IMG/VR virus record: IMGVR_UViG_3300025137_000052 | Location: 1 to 54,051 of that record | Strand: one strand, 5' to 3' | From: a virus | Taxonomy: Duplodnaviria > Caudoviricetes | DNA: 54,051 nucleotides | Shown: positions 33,808-42,600 of the stretch, in pieces | Numbering within the stretch: position 1 is the stretch's first letter | How the letters are laid out: every line of letters starts with the position of its first letter | The notes under the pieces: generated by a model | The model's input: the letters and a program-made list of their open reading frames with translations, nothing else | What the model was told of the DNA's origin: nothing | Database searches by the model: none | Translations under genes and position numbers: made by a program

Positions 33808-36657
33808 ATGAATATGTTGGAATTTCTCCAGCAAGTTTTACCAGCTGAGGGGTTTTATGTAACTACTGTCATCAATCCTGACGGTAGACGGCAGGGATTC
33901 TTTAAGTCTGTGGACGAACTTGCACAAGTATGTGAAAGACTTGACAAAACTAATAACAATACTTACTTCGCAATATCTGCGTTTAAGCAAAAGGGTAACA
34001 GGAAACAAGATAACGTAAGAGCTACTAAGGTAGTAGCTATAGATATAGATTGCGGTGGTAATAAACCGTACCCTTCATGGAAAGAAGGACTAGTAGCACT
34101 AGGTAAATTTGTATCTGACCTGAAGTTACCCAAGCCTATGATAGTACATTCAGGTAATGGACTGCATGTATACTGGGTACTAGATGAAGAGCTACCACCT
34201 GAGCAGTGGAAACCATTAGCTGAGGCTATGAAACAAGCCGCTATACAAAAAGAATTTAAGATAGACGCAGGACTTACAGCAAATAGTGCACTAGTACTAC
34301 GACCTGTGGGCACTCACAATCCAAAGAATGGTAATAAAGTTAAGGTATTAGTAGAGTCTGAGGCAACTAGCCCTGAGATTTTAAAGCAACGCTTATCATA
34401 CTACTACGTAGCGGGTGATCACCAAAAGAGCAGCACACATGACAACTCGTTGCTGGATAACCTAGCTACTAAGAATGAATACCAACCAGCTGTAGGCTCA
34501 GTGGTCGCTAAGAAATGTAAACAGATAGAGTGGGCTATAGACAATCAAGATAAGGTAGATGAGCCGTTATGGTACAGTTTAATAGGGGTAGCCGCTTTCT
34601 GCCAAGACCCTGAAACAACAGCAATAGAGTGGTCTAAGGGGCATACTGGATATAGTGAAAGGTCAACTAAGCAGAAGTTAAATCAATGGAAAGAGTCTGC
34701 GTCAGGCCCCACTACCTGTGCTAAGTTTGAATCTAGTAGACCTACAGGCTGTAGGGGTTGTAAATACAAGGGAAAGATAGGCTCACCAGCTAGACTAGGT
34801 GTGCAATATCAAGAAGCTCCCATAATAAAGCAGGCTCCTGACAAAGTAGCTAACGCTGTACCCATGCCTAAACCATTTAAAAGAACTAAAGATGGTATCA
34901 AAGTAACCATTGATGACACAGATATTGATGTATGTAAGTTTGATATATACCCCGTAGGCTATGGTCTTGATGAATCACTAGGCTATGAAACAGTTAGATT
35001 TCATTGGGATAGACCACACATGGGGTGGCAAGAACTGAATTTAAGACAAGCGTACCTTACTGATGGGGCTAGAGAGTTTCCTAGTGCTATAGCAGATCAA
35101 GGTATTGTACTTTACAATAAGAAACAAACGGAGTATTTTCAACTTATGTTAAGGACTTACATGGATGAGCTGAGACAGATTCGCACAATGACGAATCTAT
35201 ACTCAACTATGGGGTGGAAAGAAAAGAATAAATCTTTCTTACTAGGTAACACATTAATCAAGCGTAAGCCTGACGGCTCTGTAGTAGAAGAGACTATAAG
35301 CTTAGCGTCTATAATACAAAGACAAGGTGCGGACTTATATAATACTAAAGGTTCATTAGAACAATGGGTAAACCTCACGTCTATAATGGAGAAAGCCCAT
35401 TTAAAATCACACATGTTTGCATTAGGTGTAGGATTCTCAGCACCACTATATAATTTTACAGGGCTCAAAGGACTAACGATATCTTTGTATGGTCCAACAG
35501 GTGGTGGTAAAACATTAGCTCAGTACTGGGCTCAGTCTATATACGGAGATCCTGAGAAGCTACACTTTGCAGCTAAGTATACTCAGATGGCTTTGTTCTC
35601 ACGTCTTGGTACGTATGGTAATCTACCTCTTACAATAGATGAAGTAACCATGATGAGTGATAAAGAGGTCGGAGACTTCTGCTACTGGGTATCACAAGGG
35701 CGTGACAAGGCAAGGCTTAATAGAAATGCTGAAGAAAGGGACGCTAAGACTTGGGCTACACCTGTACTGGTATCTACCAACAAGTCTTTACAAAGTAAAC
35801 TTATAGCTTCTGGTCTTGATACTGACGCACAGATGGCTAGATTATTAGAATTAACAGTACCTCAGACTGATGTATTTACAAGGAACAGTGATGTAGGTAA
35901 GAAGATATACCAAGCTATCCATACAAACTATGGACATGCAGGCAAAATATTTATAAAGAACTTAGTAGAGATGGGTGAAGAAGGTATTCAATCTATCATA
36001 GCTGAAGCTTCAGATAACTTTGCTAAGAAATATAGATGTAACTTTGGTGGTCAAGAAAGATACTGGGAGCAATCTATTATACTTGCTGACCTATCTATGA
36101 GCCTAGCTAAAGAGTGGGGTCTTATTGATTATGACTATGAGCAGTCTACTGAATGGGTACTAGCACAAATAGGTGCGATACGCAGGTCAGTACAAGAGAA
36201 TCAAGTAGACGCATTCGATCTTGTTGCAGAGTACATGGCTGATTCAGCTGATACATCCGTTACTATCATGCATACAACAGGGCAGAAAGCACAACCTGAT
36301 TTCTCTAGAATACCAAGAGGTGATATAAGAATAAGACTTGATGTGTTTAGGAAATCTGCAGCTGAGCCATTTGATAAAGGAACTATGATGATTGATAGAA
36401 CACATTTTAGGAAGTGGTTATCCATACGTGGTGCTGACTATAAAACATTTAAGCAAGAACTTATGGATGAGAATGTAGTTGCAACTCCTAAATCTGAGAA
36501 GGCTTCACTAGGTAAAGATACTCCTGTTAAATTAGCACAGACATACGTTGTAGGATTTAACTTAACACATCCTAGATTCCAGAGCTTGCTTGATAATGCA
36601 GATGTAGAAGCTGATGATTTATCATACGGTCAGCTACAAGTATTAGATAAGGATTAG
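33808..36657 (+). CDS. Primase (AEP/RepB-like) fused to DUF927-type helicase
   Basis: DIDCG, SGNGLHVYW, LRPVGTHN; Cys cluster; Walker A GPTGGGKT, Walker B TIDE; NYGHAG. Confidence 0.88.
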   Translation: MNMLEFLQQVLPAEGFYVTTVINPDGRRQGFFKSVDELAQVCERLDKTNNNTYFAISAFKQKGNRKQDNVRATKVVAIDIDCGGNKPYPSWKEGLVALGKFVSDLKLPKPMIVHSGNGLHVYWVLDEELPPEQWKPLAEAMKQAAIQKEFKIDAGLTANSALVLRPVGTHNPKNGNKVKVLVESEATSPEILKQRLSYYYVAGDHQKSSTHDNSLLDNLATKNEYQPAVGSVVAKKCKQIEWAIDNQDKVDEPLWYSLIGVAAFCQDPETTAIEWSKGHTGYSERSTKQKLNQWKESASGPTTCAKFESSRPTGCRGCKYKGKIGSPARLGVQYQEAPIIKQAPDKVANAVPMPKPFKRTKDGIKVTIDDTDIDVCKFDIYPVGYGLDESLGYETVRFHWDRPHMGWQELNLRQAYLTDGAREFPSAIADQGIVLYNKKQTEYFQLMLRTYMDELRQIRTMTNLYSTMGWKEKNKSFLLGNTLIKRKPDGSVVEETISLASIIQRQGADLYNTKGSLEQWVNLTSIMEKAHLKSHMFALGVGFSAPLYNFTGLKGLTISLYGPTGGGKTLAQYWAQSIYGDPEKLHFAAKYTQMALFSRLGTYGNLPLTIDEVTMMSDKEVGDFCYWVSQGRDKARLNRNAEERDAKTWATPVLVSTNKSLQSKLIASGLDTDAQMARLLELTVPQTDVFTRNSDVGKKIYQAIHTNYGHAGKIFIKNLVEMGEEGIQSIIAEASDNFAKKYRCNFGGQERYWEQSIILADLSMSLAKEWGLIDYDYEQSTEWVLAQIGAIRRSVQENQVDAFDLVAEYMADSADTSVTIMHTTGQKAQPDFSRIPRGDIRIRLDVFRKSAAEPFDKGTMMIDRTHFRKWLSIRGADYKTFKQELMDENVVATPKSEKASLGKDTPVKLAQTYVVGFNLTHPRFQSLLDNADVEADDLSYGQLQVLDKD

Positions 36658-39600
36658 TGGTCGTTGATAGCTTGTTCGTAAGCGTCCATTAAAAATTGTG
36701 TTTCAGGTCTAATGTTTTTAGGTGCAAACTTCTTATACCTTTCAGCAGCTGGCATTGACCAAGCTCTAAATGCTCTTTGTGCTGAAGGTAACCAGCGTTT
36801 TAACTCAAACTCAGTTCCTCTGTGGTCTTGGTTATGTTCTTTAACTTCTCTTTCTATTTGTCTCATAGTCTTTCTATCTTTATTTATCTTAGCTTTTACC
36901 CAAGCGTCAGTGTATGATTTTTTAATTGCTTTAGCAAAGCCGTCAGTTTGTTTACTCATTCTTATTATATCGTTTTGATAAGTAGCCCCAGCTGGATAGA
37001 AGTTTAAGAATCTAAATACAGTCTGCAATGTAGACACATCATCCATTATTACTTTGCCTTCTTTATTTGTAACCTGTCCGCTAGTTGCATAATCTATTCC
37101 ATCTGTTACGCCTCTTAGTGCACCGAATGGTTGGTTCTTTAGAACATCAGTCCAAGTGGTTGTATCAGATTTTAAACCAATAGCCTCTGCACCTTGTGCT
37201 GCAACTAGACTCAACGTGCCTGCTGTCTGCTCACCAGCTGACCATACAGGCCCTAAAAAGTTTTTTGCTTCTTGCCAAGGATCTGCACCTGCTTTACCTA
37301 CACCTGTCAGAGGTATTAAATCACCGAAGCCTAGTCTTGTAGACACGGTAGCTCCAAGAAAATAATCTAAGAAACCTCTCATGGCTACTGGAGATGCACC
37401 AGGAGCTATCTCTTCTATAAAATCAACAACATTTTTTTCTACGGTTGCAGTTTTGAAACCAAACTTCTGCGTTAAAGTATCAATTAAATCTGTAATGTCA
37501 TCAGCAAATGGTAGTCCTTTTAGACCTGACATTAAAACAAGTAGTGTTAGCATAGCTAATTGTTCTTTCCGACCTAAGTTTTTCATAAGCTCCACAGTAA
37601 TAATTACAAATTGTTTATACATAAAGATGTATTGAAGAACATTACCACGAGCCATAGCAGGTCTATTAAACATTCCATACTCACCCTGAGATGTATTGAC
37701 AGCTCTTATCGCAAACTCTTCTGCAGATTTCTGTATCTCATCTTGTTTTAAATCTCCAGCTTTTTGTAGCTTATCTCTTTGTAATCTATAAGCTGCTAAG
37801 AAAGTTGTTCTTCTATTTAATTGCTCTGTATAAGAGAACACTTTCATCCACCCTCTAACTACACCAGCCAAATTTTTATTAGCCATTAAGCCACCTCTAG
37901 CTGTACCAACAAGAGCATTAAACTGTGCGGCTTGAAGTACACCTTGTTCAGTAGCTTCAAGTAATACTTGAGCTTCGTCTTGAGTTATACCGTACTTATC
38001 TTGTAATGATGTATCTTTAACTAGTTCTTGCATGTGAGTTAGTGTCTCTAACTTAAAATTCTTCATATGTCTTAGTGCTCTAGTCATAGCACCAGCAGAT
38101 TTAGTTAAGCCAAACCCACCACCGTAACCAGTCTTAGCATTATATGTAGATAGGTATGGAATACTATGGCTTACCATTGATATAGTATTAACAAAACCTG
38201 TAGCAACAGATCCACCAAGTTGAGAAGTTACTGTTAGTAGTTTTATAAATGAGCCTGCCTCACCTGATAACAGGTCTTCTGTAGATACATCTATATTTCC
38301 TGCTTTACCATAAAAATCTAATAACCCGCCAGCAACAGACCTATATCTTTTACCTTGACCTTCAGTTTTTACTTGTACTGCTTCTCTATTTTTACCACTA
38401 CCTTTATAAACTGTTATTGTTCTGTCTGTTAATCCAGCTGAGTATCTATACTGGTTAGCATAACTATCGTATTGCTGTTGTGCTATTTTAATTTGCTCAT
38501 CGCTACCTGTAGCTTCAACTTTCTCCATTCTTTCTTTAAGTCTATTAAGTTTATCTCTATTTCCAGCCCAAAGCTTTTCGTCTGTAGTGTATTTGTTAAG
38601 CTTATGTGAGTAAAAAGTTTTACCAGCTGCATGTGACATAGTCTCTAAATGTTCTGATACACTTCTTACTACGTCTGCATTCCAACCAGCAGTACCTGAA
38701 CGTTGTAAACTTTTTCTTGCTCTTTCTGATTGTTTAGTTAAAGCAGTAGTTACTTTTTTCATTTGCTCTGGTTTAAGATTTACATTTAACCTTACAAGAA
38801 TACTTGTAAACTCATTTAAATTCATAGCAGAGGATAGTGGTGCACTAGAACTAACTTCACTGGTTTCTGGTTTTAAATTAACTTCTACATCCTGTAGGTT
38901 TTTATCTTTAAATTTATATTTGGTATCTTTAAAATCATCTTTAAGACTATCAAAAAGCTCTCTTGCATCTTGTTTAGAATCAACTTGGTAATACGGTAGT
39001 ACATTTTTGGTGTGGGAATCTAATTCTATTTCGTTATCATTATCATCAAATGCTCTTAATGTAACTTGATAGTTACCACGTCTAGTAAATGGTACATACC
39101 CACCGAGTATTGTACGCTTAGCATTGAACTCATTGTTTACATTTTTTAAATCTAACAGTAATAAATTTTCTATTGTTTTAGTAACTTGGTCAGCACCTGA
39201 TCTTTCACCACTATATACTTCATGAAGTTGTTGCAAACTATTTACTACATCAGTAAAGTCTTCAGTACCTTTTACTTTAAATATGTCAACTTCTGTAGCG
39301 TCACCAGCAATCCAATCATTAAGTTTGTTTTCATCACCTTTTTTCCATAAAGCACGGTTGACATCTCTTAGAAATAACTCAGCATTTTTCTGAGACTCAG
39401 GGTCATAAGTTATACCTACACCTTCTAGTTTCGCATTTTCAGAATATAGCTCTTGGTATTTTTTTACTATTACTGTAGCCGCAGCTTGATCTTGAGCACT
39501 AGCACCTATACCCCTTTTATTTTCTGCAAAGTCTTTTACGATACTTAGTATGTCTTGTCTTTCTGATATAGTTGCTTCTAAGTTTGACTCTAGTAAATCT

Positions 39601-42600
39601 TTTGCTGCTTCGTTTACAGCATTTCTATTCTCTTCAAATATTTTATAGATTCTATCAGTCACTACAAAGTTAGGTTTGTAGTTTAGCTTATCACCATTAA
39701 CATTTTCTGTGCCGTCTTGTAATATATCTAAAGTAACTTCAAAACCTGCTGCTAATTCTTCTTTAGTCATCATACCTTCAGCTTTCATTCTTTCAAATGC
39801 TGCTTCATTTATAACATTTTCACCTATAGAGTTAGTTGTAATTAAAGACTCAGCATTGTTAATTGCATTTTCATTTCTTGTTGCAGGAACGTTGCTTCTA
39901 TATAAAGCAAAGTAAGCTAATAGTTCCCCAGCCTGAATCAGTTCTTGTTGAGTTGGTCCATCAGTGATGCCTAGTTTATTTAGCACAGAGTTATCTAGAC
40001 TGTGAGTAAACTTAGTCATGTTCGCATATATCTGTTGAAACTTTCTTGTTCTAGCTGTTTGCCCTTGGAACAAACTAAATATTTTGGACAGGCCCTCACT
40101 ACGCAATGCTATGTTATCTAATGTTTGAAATTCTTCTAGTACTTTACCAAACCAACTTGATGCATCACCTTCAGTTAATTGTTTACCTGTTCTTTTAGCT
40201 GAGTTCCACCAAGACTTATATCCAAGAAGACCGCCAGGCTCTCCTCGAAGTGTTATTATTTGATTAGTTAAACTTTTATAAGCCGCAGCCGAACTAGACT
40301 CTGCATTGTAACGACCATATGTACTTTCATTTTTTAATCTTTCTAAATTCTTAACCATCTGATATACCGATACAACACCACTACCACCCGTGCGTAGATT
40401 ATTACGAGATTGAAATACTAAGTACCTTGTCATGTCATCTTGATACTCTCTACCAAAAACATCACGCATAAAGTTTTTAACTGCATTCCAAAATCTTGCG
40501 AGTATGTGAGAGTCTACATGCGAAGCATAGTCAGCTAGTACTTCTTCTATAGCTTCATATCTTTCCTCACCGTTACCTATACGCTGGTCAGACAAAGCTC
40601 TTATCGCTGGATCACTTTGATATATATCATCAAGTATTAATTTTAATTTTGCTCTTGGTACAAACGCACTAAAACCAAAATGTCCTAATGCTTCATGACC
40701 TACAATACTTCGTAGCGTTTGCTCATCTTTAACAAAGTCTGTAAATATTATTATCTGATCGCCAACAGAATAGCCTGAAGCTTTTACAGTTTCAAAGTCG
40801 TCTCTAGCTGCAGCTGCTCTTTCATATAGTTTAGGATTAGTTTCTCGCAGCTCTTGTTTGTTTCTAACTACAGTTACTGTTGGTTTTGTTTTGAATTTTT
40901 TTAATATCTGTTTAACTATTAGTTCTGCTTTACCTTTAGGTACTGGGTTTTTTATTTCTTGTCCACTATCATACCTATAGTTTCTACCTGTATTAGAATC
41001 AGCCTCATCTATTATCTCTTGAGTAGTAGGGCCTGCATCTTTGTCTATCGGTTTAGGTACAAATCTTTCACGACCATCTATATTTGATTTACCTAAATTT
41101 AAGTTACCATCTTTGTCAAAGAAATCTCCTAGTGTTAATCCTTTGGATACAATAAAGCCTGGGTCTGAACCAGCAAATAAATTTTCTAGCTCAACAATTT
41201 TAGAATTTTTAGCTCCTTTATTCTGACCACTAGTAACAGTTAAGTTTGTAATTGAAGTAGTCTTACCATTAATATGTTCAGTTATTAAATCAACTAATCT
41301 ATTAGAAGCCACTTCTTCATTTAGATTTGTAGCACTTTGGTCGTCTTGACCAACTTTATCTGTAGCTGGTCCTTGGTCTGCTTGGTATTTAGCAGGTTTG
41401 TTTCTAACTCTACTACCCATTTGATTTAAAATTGCATCCATAGCATCTAGTCTCTCAGCTATGCCAACCCATTGAGACGGTACTCCTTTTGTTTGCATAC
41501 TTAGATTATCTTTTAGCATAGCCGCAGCTATAAACTCTTCTCTTATAATGTCTAGCTGCTGGTCGGTAAACTGTGTATTTAATAAGAAGTCGGTAACAAA
41601 CTGACGCTCTGATTTATTATTTAATAAAACTCTATTCGCATTTGGATTAGCATTATCACCAAAGTATCCAATCGTAACTAACTCTGCTATAGCATCTCTA
41701 AGTTTATCTACGTCTGACGTAGTCTCACCTTGTAAGCCTTCTATTTCAGCTTGTGCATCTATTATAATCTCAGCATTTGATAATCCTTCTTTCTGCTCAT
41801 CAAACTCTTTTAATGCGAGCTGGCTGTATTTACTTTGTAGTCTAGCCTTATTTATTTCAGGCTTTGTAAATGATGGGTCACTTTCAAACTGTTGTTTAAG
41901 TTCTGGTGATACAGCATCGTAACTTAAAACTGTACCTAAAGATGCCCACACAGTAGCTGGATCTTTAGTAGGCTTAGGCGTTGCTACACGATTTTCCCTC
42001 GACCTATTGGTTGATTCAGCAACTTGTTCTTTGCGATCTTGCCTACCCCTTTTAAGCTGTTCTGCTTTCGATTCTTGTCTCGTAGTCGTGCTTCCATCTT
42101 CAGCTTGTCCTTGGTCTTCTTGACTTTCTGCGGTAACTTGAGCCTCTGGTTCTTGCTGGTTTCTCTCAGCAACTCCTCCGCTATCTGTGGTCGATTCTTC
42201 TGCAGCCACTTCAGCTGGGCTTTGCTCTTGATTGGCATCTTGTGCACCTCCTTTTTCTGGCATTGTTCTTATAGTGAAATCACTCATGGCTTCTACGGCA
42301 TCATCACCAAACGATACTATTAAACCACCAGCATCTTGTACAAATCTTTCGTGTTGTTCTTTTGTACCTTGAAGTTGTACAAAGTTAACTCCGCCAGAAG
42401 GCATAGGTGTAAATGATTCTGTAAGTTCTGCGTTATCTATTTCAGCTTGAACATCTACACTGTTAAAACTTTCACTTAATTCATAGAGAACTCTTCCGCC
42501 TACAATTCCACGGGAAGCTGTTTCAACTGTTCCTGTACTTGTTGCAGTAGGTCTTTCTGCAGCAGCTGTTGCTTCAGCTTCACGTCTTTTAGTCTCTGCT

